Of a stretch of DNA of 64,000 nucleotides, positions 41,575 to 50,182 are shown piece by piece. The notes beneath the pieces were generated by a model. The model was not told the origin of the DNA. It did not search any database and was given only the letters and a program-made list of their open reading frames with translations. A program made the position numbers and the translations under genes. Position 1 is the stretch's first letter. The number at the start of each line of letters is the position of its first letter. The DNA lies in the NCBI RefSeq assembly GCF_021246445.1, contig NZ_JAJQXW010000001.1:248001-312000 (forward strand). Reading direction: 5' to 3'. The stretch comes from Rhabdothermincola salaria. Lineage in GTDB: Bacteria > Actinomycetota > Acidimicrobiia > Acidimicrobiales > Acidimicrobilacustridaceae.

Positions 41575-41967
41575 TCAGCCGGGCGGCGCGGTGGCCTCCC
41601 ACCCCCGTCGTTCGAGCTCGGCGGCCAACAGCTCGGCCGGCATGCCGCGCAGGGTGAGGGCCCGCTCGGCATCGAGGCGCTCCGCCGCGGCCTGGGCCCG
41701 CCGCTCGGCGGCGGGCGACAGCGTGGGGTGGGCCAGGTCGGGTGGTCCCGCGTCGGTGTCGTCCGTCGGTGCGTCGGCGTTCAGGAGCTGATCGATCAGC
41801 GCCGAGGCCTCCTGTTTGGAGAACTTGCCGCCGGCTTGGCGCTGGGTGAGGCCGAGGGGGTGACGGGCCTCCCGGAAGCTGGCGAAGCCGGCCTGCTCGA
41901 CCAGCGACTCGAGGTAGGCGAGCTGCTTGGCGGACGCGGGCGGCCCGCTGCGGGCACCGAAGCTCAT
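41575..41967 (-). CDS. Hypothetical protein
   Basis: Protein-like sequence 'SGPPASAKQLAYL...GLTQRQAGGKFSKQEASALIDQL'. Confidence 0.7.
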   Translation of the reverse strand: MSFGARSGPPASAKQLAYLESLVEQAGFASFREARHPLGLTQRQAGGKFSKQEASALIDQLLNADAPTDDTDAGPPDLAHPTLSPAAERRAQAAAERLDAERALTLRGMPAELLAAELERRGWEATAPPG

Positions 41968-42108
41968 CGGCGCGGCGGGCCGGATCGGCTGGAGGGGATG
42001 GTCATGGCGCCATCTTCGCTCGACGGTGGGACAGTCCGCACCGCCGAGGGGCGCGCGTCGGGATCGTCGATGGCCGATCTCGACGCGAGGGTCTGCACCG
42101 GCTAGTCA

Positions 42109-42546
42109 ATGGTTGTGCGATTGGAGATCACCCGTCGAGCGGACCTGGCCACCCGGGCGCTCGTCGCCCTCACCGACGACGGTCGGCGCATGAAGGCCGC
42201 TCAGCTCGCCGAGGTGCTGGGCACCACGGCCGGCTTCGTGCCCCAGATCCTGCATCCCCTGGTGGCCAAGGGATGGGTGGGGTCCGAGCCGGGGCCCGCC
42301 GGCGGCTACACGCGGGTGGCGCCGCTGGAGGGCATCTCGGTGCTGGAGGTCATCGAGGCGGTCGACGGGCCCACCGTCACCGGCCGTTGCGTGCTCGAGG
42401 ACCGGCCCTGCACCGAGATCGGGCCGTGTGCCCTGCACCACCCCTGGTCACGGGCCCGGGCCCACCTGCTCGACGAGCTCGGGGCCACGCCGCTCTCGGA
42501 TCTCGACGTCGTCGTCGCTGCTCCGCCGGTGGGCGAAGCGCCCTGA
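42109..42546 (+). CDS. Rrf2 family regulator with three Cys (putative Fe-S ligands)
   Basis: 'GPAGGY', 'VIEAVDG', 'CVLEDRPCTEIGPCALH'; start 42109 or 42115. Confidence 0.88.
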   Translation: MVVRLEITRRADLATRALVALTDDGRRMKAAQLAEVLGTTAGFVPQILHPLVAKGWVGSEPGPAGGYTRVAPLEGISVLEVIEAVDGPTVTGRCVLEDRPCTEIGPCALHHPWSRARAHLLDELGATPLSDLDVVVAAPPVGEAP

Positions 42547-42589
42547 GTCCGGTGGGCGGGGCGCCCTGAGCCCGGTGGGCGAAGCGCCC
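42526..42589. repeat. Tandem 23-bp repeat (x2.8) spanning the Rrf2 stop codon
   Basis: CCGGTGGGCG(AA/GG)GCGCCCTGAG(T/C) at 42526, 42549 and 42572 (last copy partial). Confidence 0.9.
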
Positions 42590-42660
42590 GGCTCTCGGGT
42601 TGCCGGCGGCGATCGGGGTCGACCGGAGCCGGCCCCGGGGTTCGGGGCCGGCTCCCCGGG

Positions 42661-43224
42661 TCAGACCGTCGTGACCTTCGCCTTCGACAGCGAGTAACCG
42701 GATGCCAACAGGACCAGGCCGAGGAGGATCAGCACGACACCTGCCAGCACCGCCACCACGGCCAGCGTGGCACTCGGCCACAGCATGATCAGGGCCCCGA
42801 CCACGATGGTGATGACGGCCTGCAGGCCCATCGCACTGCGGCCCATCTCCTTGGGGACCTGGAACGAGACGATGAGGCCGAGCAGGCCGGTGATCACCAG
42901 GTTCAGCCCGATCAACCAGATCACCACGTTCACGGTGACGTCGGGCCAGAACAGCAGCGCCAGGCCGAAGCCGAGGTTGACGACCCCGCGCAGCAACAGC
43001 AGGCCCCAGTAGTTGCCCTGGCGGTGGGTGGTGACGGCCTCGACGATCTGGCCGAACCCGACCACGACGAACAAGATCCCGAGCACGCGGGCGACCACGA
43101 CGGTGGTGCGGTCGGGCCACACCAGCAACACGATGCCGGCGATGAGGCTCAGGGCCCCGACCGTGTAGGCGGTGATGCGCGACCCGCGCAGCAGATCCAT
43201 GGTGGAACGATCGTCTAGGGCCAT
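42661..43224 (-). CDS. HdeD/DUF308 family membrane protein
   Basis: Six TM segments with repeated 'G...L.WP' DUF308 units. Confidence 0.8.
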   Translation of the reverse strand: MALDDRSTMDLLRGSRITAYTVGALSLIAGIVLLVWPDRTTVVVARVLGILFVVVGFGQIVEAVTTHRQGNYWGLLLLRGVVNLGFGLALLFWPDVTVNVVIWLIGLNLVITGLLGLIVSFQVPKEMGRSAMGLQAVITIVVGALIMLWPSATLAVVAVLAGVVLILLGLVLLASGYSLSKAKVTTV

Positions 43225-43483
43225 CTGGGGCCTCCCCCTGCGTCGGTGTTCTGCGCGGATCGTACGGCCGGACCCGGCCGTCGGCGTGGATCCCGCCGTG
43301 TCCATGGCGCCCTCCTCGCCAGCTCGTCGGGACGCGATGAGCGAGAAGATCGCGGGCTACCATCGGTCGTCGGAGCACCACACCGGTGTAGTTCGCGTTC
43401 ACAGGGGTCTGTGGGCGTGGCATCGGTGGGGTGGAGGGCCTGCTGCGCCGTGCGCAGCGCGAGCGGTTTCGAGGAGTCGTCGG

Positions 43484-46400
43484 GTGCCGGATTCGTTCAC
43501 CCACCTGCATCTGCACACCGAGTTCTCGATGCTCGACGGCGCCGCCCGGGTCGGCGACGTCGTGGCCGCGGCGGCGGCCGACGGCCAGCCGGCGGTCGGC
43601 ATCACCGACCACGGGAACATGTACGGGATCCTCGACTTCTACAAGGCGGCCAAGGCCCAGGGCGTCAAGCCCATCATCGGCACCGAGCTCTACCAGGCCT
43701 ACGAGCACCGCACCGAGCGTCCGGCCCGGCGGGGCCGCATGGACGACTCCGGCGGCGAGGCCGAAGGGGGGCGCAAGGCCTATTACCACCTGACCGCCCT
43801 GGCCGAGAACGCCACCGGCTACAAGAACCTCATCCAGCTCTCGAGCCGGGCCTACCTCGAGGGCTACTACATGAAGCCCAAGGTCGACTGGGAGCTGCTC
43901 GAGGCCCACCACGAGGGCATCATCGCCACCACCGGCTGCCTCGGTGGTCAGGTGCTGCAAGCCCTCATGCAGGGCGACGAGAAGGGGGCCGTCGAGAAGG
44001 CCGCCCGCCTCCAGGACATCTTCGGCAAGGACAACCTGTTCGTCGAGCTCCAGGACCACGGCATCCCCGAGCAGCGCACCACCAACCCCCAGCTGCTGAA
44101 GATCGCCCGCACCATCGGGGCGCCGCTGCTCGCCACCAACGACAGCCACTACACCCACCAGCACGACGCGGTCTCCCACGACGCCCTGCTGTGCGTGCAG
44201 ACGGGGTCGCTCATGAGCGACCCCGATCGCTTCAAGTTCCACGGCGACCAGCACTACCTGAAGACCGCGGCGGAGATGCGCTCGTTGTTCGACGAGGTGC
44301 CCGAGGCCTGCGACAACACCCTCTGGATTGCCGAGCGCTGCGAGGTCGAGATCGAGTTCGGCAAGCCGCAGCTGCCGAACTTCCCTCTCCCGGAGGGGTT
44401 CACCGACGACGCCGACTACCTGCGCCACCTCACCTTCGAGGGCGCCCACCAACGTTGGGGCGACCAGCTCCCCGACTCCGTCGTCGAGCGCCTGGCGTAC
44501 GAGCTCAAGGTCATCGGCGACATGGGGTTCAGCTCCTACTTCCTCATCGTCTGGGACCTCATCCGCCATGCGCGCGACGCCGGCATCCGGGTGGGGCCCG
44601 GGCGTGGCTCGGCGGCCGGGTGCGCGGTGGCCTACACGCTGCGCATCACCGACCTCGACCCCATCCGGTACGACCTGCTGTTCGAGCGCTTCCTCAACCC
44701 GAGCCGCATCTCCATGCCCGACATCGACATGGACTTCGACTCCCGCTTCCGCGACGAGATGATCCGGTACGCGGCGGAGCGCTACGGGCGAGACCACGTG
44801 GCCCAGATCGTCACCTTCTCCACCATCAAGGCCCGGGCCGCGGTGCGCGATGCGGCGCGGGTGCTCGGGTACCCCTACGCAGTGGGCGACAAGGTGGCCA
44901 AGGCCATGCCGCCGCTGGTCATGGGGCGCGACACGCCGCTCTACGCCTGCCTCGACGAGCACCCGAAGTACCTCGACGGCTACAAGATGGCGGCCGACCT
45001 CCGCGAGATGTTCGCCACCGATCCCGACGCCCGTCAGGTCATGGAGGTGGCCAAGGGGCTCGAAGGGCTGCGTCGCCAGGACGGCATCCACGCCGCCGCG
45101 GTGGTGATCACCAAGGAGCCGCTCACGGAGTACCTGCCCATCCAGCGCAAGCCGGAAGCGGGCAAGGACCCCGAGGACTCCCCGGTGGTCACCCAGTACG
45201 AGATGCACGGGGTCGAGGAGCTGGGCCTGCTCAAGATGGACTTCCTGGGCCTGCGCAACCTCGATGTCATCACCGACACCGTGGTGATGCTGCGCGAGAC
45301 CCAGGGCGTCGAGCTCGACATCGACGACGTCCCCCTCGACGACGACAAGACGCTCCAGCTGCTGCGCGACGGCGACTCCATCGGTGTGTTCCAGCTGGAG
45401 GGTGGGCCCATGCGGGCCCTCATGCGTTCGCTCGCGCCGACCTCGTTCGAGGACGTAGCGGCTCTGGTGGCGCTCTACCGACCGGGTCCGATGTCGGCGA
45501 ACATGCACAACGACTACGCCGACCGCAAGAACGGTCGCAAGCCCATCGAGTACCTGCATGCGGACCTCGAGGAGATCCTCGGTGACACGCAGGGCCTGAT
45601 GATCTACCAGGAGTCGGTGATGCGGGTGGCGCAGAAGTTCGCCGGCTATTCGCTTGCCGATGCGGACAACCTCAGGAAGGCCTGCGGCAAGAAGGACCGG
45701 GCGCTCATCGCCAAGGAGCGCGAGAAGTTCGTGGCCGGCACCGAGGCCACCGGGTACGGCGGGGCCATCGGCACCTCGCTGTTCGACATCATCGAGCCCT
45801 TCGCCGACTACGCGTTCAACAAGAGTCACAGCTACGGCTACGGCTACGTCGCCTACCAGACCGCCTACCTCAAGGCGCACTACCCGGTCGAGTACTTCGC
45901 CGCGCTGCTCACCAGCGTCAAGACCAACCTCGACAAGGCCGCGGTGTACCTGGCCGAGTGCCGCCAGATGGGCCTCGACGTCCTGGTGCCCGACGTCAAC
46001 GTCTCGGCCAGCGACTTCATCGCCGTCGAGCGCCCGGGCGAGAACCCGGCCATCGCCTTCGGTCTCTCGGCGGTGCGCAACGTGGGGGAGGGCCTGGTCG
46101 GTCACATCCTCACCGAGCGTGAGGCCAACGGGCCCTTCCTCGACTTCTACGACTTCTGCGACCGGGTCGACACCACGGTGCTCAACAAGCGCACCATCGA
46201 GTCGCTCATCAAGGCCGGCGGGTTCGATTCGCTCGGGTACAGCCGCAAGGGCCTGCTCGGCTTCTACGACAAGATCATCGACGAGACCGTGGCCCGGCGT
46301 CGCAAGGAGGCCGAGGGGCAGTTCGACCTGTTCTCGATGGCCGAACCCGACTCGGACGGCGAGGCCGGTACGGCCAACCGCTACCTCATCCCCACCGACG

Positions 46401-47023
46401 ACTTCGAGAAGCGCCAGCGGCTGGCCTTCGAAAAGGAGATGCTCGGCCTCTACGTGAGCGACCATCCGCTCATGGGGGCCGAGGCGTCGCTGCGGCGGCG
46501 CACCGAGTGCACGCTCGACGAGCTCGAGGAGGTGGACGAGGGCGCCATCCGGGTCGTCGGCGGCCTGGTCACCTCCCTGCAGCGCAAGTGGACCAAGAAG
46601 GGCGACCTCATGGCCGTGTTCGTCCTCGAGGACCTCAAGTCCTCGGTCGAGTGCATGGTCTTCCCCAAGACCATGCAGGCCTACGGCCACCTCCTCGAGG
46701 ACGATGCCGTCGTCATCGTCAAGGGCAGGGTCGACAAGCGCGAGGACCAGACGAAGTTCATGGCCACCGAGCTCGAGCGCTTCGAGCCCATCACCGACGG
46801 TGCGCCTCCTCTGCGGGTCACGGTCTCGCCGGCCGCCCTCAGCGAGGCCATGCTCACCTCGCTCAAGGCGCTGCTGCTGGAGCACCCGGGGGAGTCCCAG
46901 GTGTTCCTGCACCTCGGCGACCGCCAGGTGCTGCGCCTCCCCGAGGCGTTCTGCGTCGAGGTCCGCACCGGCTTGTTGGCCGAGCTCAGGGTGCTGTTGG
47001 GGCCCGCGGCGGTGAGCTCCTGA
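43484..47023 (+). CDS. dnaE: DNA polymerase III alpha subunit
   Basis: PHP 'HLHLHTEFSMLDG', 'TDHG', 'GPGRGSAAG', 'MPDIDMDF', 'KMDFLGL', 'YAFNKSH'; no intein seen. Confidence 0.98.
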   Translation: MPDSFTHLHLHTEFSMLDGAARVGDVVAAAAADGQPAVGITDHGNMYGILDFYKAAKAQGVKPIIGTELYQAYEHRTERPARRGRMDDSGGEAEGGRKAYYHLTALAENATGYKNLIQLSSRAYLEGYYMKPKVDWELLEAHHEGIIATTGCLGGQVLQALMQGDEKGAVEKAARLQDIFGKDNLFVELQDHGIPEQRTTNPQLLKIARTIGAPLLATNDSHYTHQHDAVSHDALLCVQTGSLMSDPDRFKFHGDQHYLKTAAEMRSLFDEVPEACDNTLWIAERCEVEIEFGKPQLPNFPLPEGFTDDADYLRHLTFEGAHQRWGDQLPDSVVERLAYELKVIGDMGFSSYFLIVWDLIRHARDAGIRVGPGRGSAAGCAVAYTLRITDLDPIRYDLLFERFLNPSRISMPDIDMDFDSRFRDEMIRYAAERYGRDHVAQIVTFSTIKARAAVRDAARVLGYPYAVGDKVAKAMPPLVMGRDTPLYACLDEHPKYLDGYKMAADLREMFATDPDARQVMEVAKGLEGLRRQDGIHAAAVVITKEPLTEYLPIQRKPEAGKDPEDSPVVTQYEMHGVEELGLLKMDFLGLRNLDVITDTVVMLRETQGVELDIDDVPLDDDKTLQLLRDGDSIGVFQLEGGPMRALMRSLAPTSFEDVAALVALYRPGPMSANMHNDYADRKNGRKPIEYLHADLEEILGDTQGLMIYQESVMRVAQKFAGYSLADADNLRKACGKKDRALIAKEREKFVAGTEATGYGGAIGTSLFDIIEPFADYAFNKSHSYGYGYVAYQTAYLKAHYPVEYFAALLTSVKTNLDKAAVYLAECRQMGLDVLVPDVNVSASDFIAVERPGENPAIAFGLSAVRNVGEGLVGHILTEREANGPFLDFYDFCDRVDTTVLNKRTIESLIKAGGFDSLGYSRKGLLGFYDKIIDETVARRRKEAEGQFDLFSMAEPDSDGEAGTANRYLIPTDDFEKRQRLAFEKEMLGLYVSDHPLMGAEASLRRRTECTLDELEEVDEGAIRVVGGLVTSLQRKWTKKGDLMAVFVLEDLKSSVECMVFPKTMQAYGHLLEDDAVVIVKGRVDKREDQTKFMATELERFEPITDGAPPLRVTVSPAALSEAMLTSLKALLLEHPGESQVFLHLGDRQVLRLPEAFCVEVRTGLLAELRVLLGPAAVSS

Positions 47024-47113
47024 GCGCCGCTCGGCGGCACTCAGCTTGCGTCCGGCGGCCTGACGGGCTGGACTGGAGGTTCGTTTTCGGCTTCCTGGGG
47101 GCTGCACAGCAAC

Positions 47114-47782
47114 ATGGCGATCGAGGTCACGACCAAGGACTGCACCCAGCTCAGCGACGCCGAGTTGGCCGAGATGGCCGACATCTGCGCCGACGGGCCG
47201 GCCCACTTCGAGGCTGGTCTGCTGTCGAAGCAGGCCGAGGCCTGGGTGCTCGTGTCACTGGCCCGCGAAGGCGCGGGCCTCAAGGGGTTTTCGTTCTGCA
47301 CGCTCGAGCGCATCGGCGGCACGCCGAGCGTCCTCATCGGGCTGGCGTCCATCAAGCGCATCTCCAAGCGGGACTCGGTGCTGCGGGCGCTCATGATGGA
47401 CCAGTACCGCAGGGCGGTGTTGGCCTTCCCCGACGAGGACGTCCTCGTCGGCACCCGCTTCGCGTCACCGAGCGGGTACGAGGCGTTCAAGGCCCTCGAT
47501 GACATCGTGCCCCGGCCCGATCACAAGGCCACGGGCGAGGAGCGCGCCTGGGGTCGCCGCCTGGCCAAGCGCTTCGGCATCGACAACGGCACCTACGACG
47601 ACAAGGTCTTCGTGGCCAAGGGCGACGGCTCGTTCCCGTTGGCCCTCGATCACGAGACGCTCAAGCCCGAGAAGCTCGACGGGCGCTGCGAGGAGTTCTT
47701 CGCCGGCATGGAGCCCGAGCGGGGCGACTCGCTGATCGTCTTCGGCTGGGCCATGGCCGAAGACCTGGCCAAGCTCCGCTGA
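47114..47782 (+). CDS. Conserved-looking hypothetical protein (possible GNAT-like fold)
   Basis: Clean ORF with strong GC3 codon bias; no motif recognised. Confidence 0.75.
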   Translation: MAIEVTTKDCTQLSDAELAEMADICADGPAHFEAGLLSKQAEAWVLVSLAREGAGLKGFSFCTLERIGGTPSVLIGLASIKRISKRDSVLRALMMDQYRRAVLAFPDEDVLVGTRFASPSGYEAFKALDDIVPRPDHKATGEERAWGRRLAKRFGIDNGTYDDKVFVAKGDGSFPLALDHETLKPEKLDGRCEEFFAGMEPERGDSLIVFGWAMAEDLAKLR

Positions 47783-47814
47783 GCGGCACGGCCCCTGGAC
47801 CGGGGCCCGCCCCC

Positions 47815-48417
47815 GTGGAGTTCGCCGACGTCGTCCGCCGCCGCCGCATGGTGCGGGCCTTCGACGGCCGTCCCGTCCCCGGCGACGTCCTCGATCGCAT
47901 CCTCGACCTGGCGGTGCGGATCCCGGCAGCCGGCAACACCCAGGGCCTCGATCTGGTGGTGCTCGAGGGCGCCGAGACGGCCCGCTACTGGGACGTCTCC
48001 CTGCCCGCCGAGCGCCGCCGCGACTTCCCGTGGCCCGGCCTGTTGCGGGCCCCCGTCCTGCTCGTCCCGGTGGGCGACCCCTCTGCCTACGTCGAGCGCT
48101 ACGCCGAGCCCGACAAGGTGGCCACGGGCCTGGGGACGGACCCCGACGCCTGGCCCGTGCCGTACTGGTACGTGGACACGGCCTTCGCCGCCATGGTGGC
48201 GTTGCTGGCCGCGGTCGACGAGGGGCTCGGCGCCTGCTTCTTCGGTCAGTTCGAGCACGAGTCGGCCCTCAAGGCGAGCCTCGGGATCCCCGCCGACCGG
48301 TGCCCGGTCGGCACCATCGCCCTGGGCTACGCCGATCCCCTCGGCGATCGGCGGAGTTTCTCCGCCGCCCGTCCGCGGCGTAGCCTCGAATCGGTCGTCC
48401 ACCGGGGCGGCTGGTGA
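47815..48417 (+). CDS. Nitroreductase family protein
   Basis: 'RRRMVRAF', 'PAAGNTQ', 'VDEGLGAC', 'IALGY'. Confidence 0.9.
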   Translation: MEFADVVRRRRMVRAFDGRPVPGDVLDRILDLAVRIPAAGNTQGLDLVVLEGAETARYWDVSLPAERRRDFPWPGLLRAPVLLVPVGDPSAYVERYAEPDKVATGLGTDPDAWPVPYWYVDTAFAAMVALLAAVDEGLGACFFGQFEHESALKASLGIPADRCPVGTIALGYADPLGDRRSFSAARPRRSLESVVHRGGW

Positions 48418-48460
48418 GGTGACGCCACCGCAACGCCTGCGTCAGAGGGGGATTGCCCAG

Positions 48461-48862
48461 ATGGGGACACCTGTCCCGATGGTCGACTACCTGGAGCTCG
48501 GCGACGAGCCCCGCCTGGTCGCCAACGAATGCACCAACTGCGGTGCCCGGTTCTTCGATCACCGCGTGGCCTGTGCCAGCTGTGGCGGCCAGGAGTTCAC
48601 CAAGGCTCCCGTGCCCACCGACGGCGAGGTCCGGGCCTTCACCATCGTCGGATGGGCCCCTCCGGGGGTCCCGGCGCCGTACGTGGCGGCCATCGTCGAC
48701 TGCGGTGGCACCAGCGTGAAGGGCAACGTGGTGAACACCCCGCCCGATCCCGACCACGTCACGCTCGGCATGAAGGTGCGTCTCACCACCTTCCCGATCG
48801 GCACCGACTCCACCGGCACCGAGGCCATCGGCTTCGGCTTCGAACCCATCGAGGGGAACTGA
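48461..48862 (+). CDS. DUF35 Zn-ribbon/OB-fold protein
   Basis: 'CTNCG...CASCG' Zn ribbon plus OB fold; adjacent to the thiolase. Confidence 0.9.
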   Translation: MGTPVPMVDYLELGDEPRLVANECTNCGARFFDHRVACASCGGQEFTKAPVPTDGEVRAFTIVGWAPPGVPAPYVAAIVDCGGTSVKGNVVNTPPDPDHVTLGMKVRLTTFPIGTDSTGTEAIGFGFEPIEGN

Positions 48863-48863
48863 C

Positions 48864-50066
48864 ATGGCAGACGACGTCTGGATCCTCGGGATCAACATGA
48901 CCAAGTTCGGCAAGCATCCCGACAAGGAAGCGGTCGACCTGGCCTCCGAAGCCGCCATCGCGGCCCTCGCCGACGGTGGCGTGTCCATGAAGGAGATGGG
49001 GGTCGTCGCCGCCGGCAGCCTCATGAACGCCTCGGCCGGCATCGGCCAGCAGGTGCAGAAGCAGATCGGCCAGACCGGCATCCCCGTGTACAACGTGGCC
49101 AACGCCTGCGCCACCGGCGCCACCGCGCTGCGCACCGTGATGATGGCCATCAAGGCCGGCGAGGTCGACATGGGCCTGGCCGTGGGCGTCGAGAAGCTCT
49201 CGGGCGCCGGCATGCTCGGCGCCGGAGCGGGCAAGCCGGCCTCGGACGAGTGGACGCCCTCGGGTCGCTACGGCGCCGTTACCGGCCTCGACGGCCGGGT
49301 GGGCACCGACATGATGCCGGGAGTCTTCGCCCAGGTGGGCATGGAGTACGGGCACCGCTACGGCGGCACCAGCTTCGAGCTGTTCGCCCGCATCGCCGAG
49401 AAGAACCACTCCCACTCCACCCTGAACCCGCTGGCCGCCTACACCAAGGCGATGAGCCTCGAGCAGATCATGGGCGACCCCATGATCGCCTACCCCAACA
49501 CCCGCTCGATGTGCTCGGCCAACTGCGACGGGGCCGCCGCCGCGGTGCTGGTCAGCGACGCCAAGCTCAAGACGCTCAGCCTCGAGCAGCGCAAGCGGGC
49601 CGTGAAGATCAGCGCCTCGGTCCTCACCACCGACCCGTGGGAAGAGGCCTGCCAGGTGCTCCCCAACGTCAACACCCTCACCCGCAACGCGGCCACCACG
49701 GCCTACGAGCAGGCCGGCGTCGGTCCCGAGGACCTCGACCTCGTCGAGCTCCACGACTGCTTCGCCACCGCCGAGCTGGTGCACTACGACAACTTGATGC
49801 TGTGCCCCGAGGGTGGTGCGGTCGACTTCTTCCAGTCGGGGGCCACCTGGCGCGACGGCTCGACGCCGGTCAACGTCTCCGGCGGCCTCGAGTCGAAGGG
49901 CCACCCGATCGCCGCCACCGGCATCGCCAACGTCTGGGAGGTGGCCCACCACCTGCGCGGCGAGGCCGGCGACCGCCAGATCGAAGGGGCCAAGGTGGGC
50001 CTGGCCCACGTCATCGGCCTCGGCTCGGCCTGCGGTGTGCACATCTTGGAGAAGTCCGCGGCCTGA
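48864..50066 (+). CDS. SCP2-type thiolase / lipid-transfer protein
   Basis: 'NACATG', 'ELHDCF', 'NVSGGLESKGHP'. Confidence 0.92.
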   Translation: MADDVWILGINMTKFGKHPDKEAVDLASEAAIAALADGGVSMKEMGVVAAGSLMNASAGIGQQVQKQIGQTGIPVYNVANACATGATALRTVMMAIKAGEVDMGLAVGVEKLSGAGMLGAGAGKPASDEWTPSGRYGAVTGLDGRVGTDMMPGVFAQVGMEYGHRYGGTSFELFARIAEKNHSHSTLNPLAAYTKAMSLEQIMGDPMIAYPNTRSMCSANCDGAAAAVLVSDAKLKTLSLEQRKRAVKISASVLTTDPWEEACQVLPNVNTLTRNAATTAYEQAGVGPEDLDLVELHDCFATAELVHYDNLMLCPEGGAVDFFQSGATWRDGSTPVNVSGGLESKGHPIAATGIANVWEVAHHLRGEAGDRQIEGAKVGLAHVIGLGSACGVHILEKSAA

Positions 50067-50118
50067 TCGGGCGCGAACCGTCGGGGTCCGTGAGGGGCCG
50101 GATGGTCCGCTTCGGTTT

Positions 50119-50156
50119 CGACGGAGGGCCCACCCTTCGGGGTGGGCCCTCCGTCG
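50119..50156. terminator. Perfect 17-bp hairpin between convergent genes (likely bidirectional terminator)
   Basis: CGACGGAGGGCCCACCC-TTCG-GGGTGGGCCCTCCGTCG, C(UUCG)G tetraloop. Confidence 0.8.
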
Positions 50157-50182
50157 CGTCCGGCGCCATGGCGGGCGGGCGT

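Noticed and set aside
42526..42589. Possible mini-CRISPR
   Set aside because: Repeats are directly adjacent with no spacers, and there are no cas genes in the window
43484..47023. Intein in DnaE
   Set aside because: Length (~1180 aa) is ordinary and no splice-junction or LAGLIDADG motifs were seen
42377..47206. 1609-aa minus-strand ORF
   Set aside because: Antisense shadow of dnaE caused by high GC3 codon bias; no recognisable motifs
48461..50066. DUF35-thiolase pair as a novel system
   Set aside because: A well-known pairing in acyl-CoA and sterol side-chain metabolism
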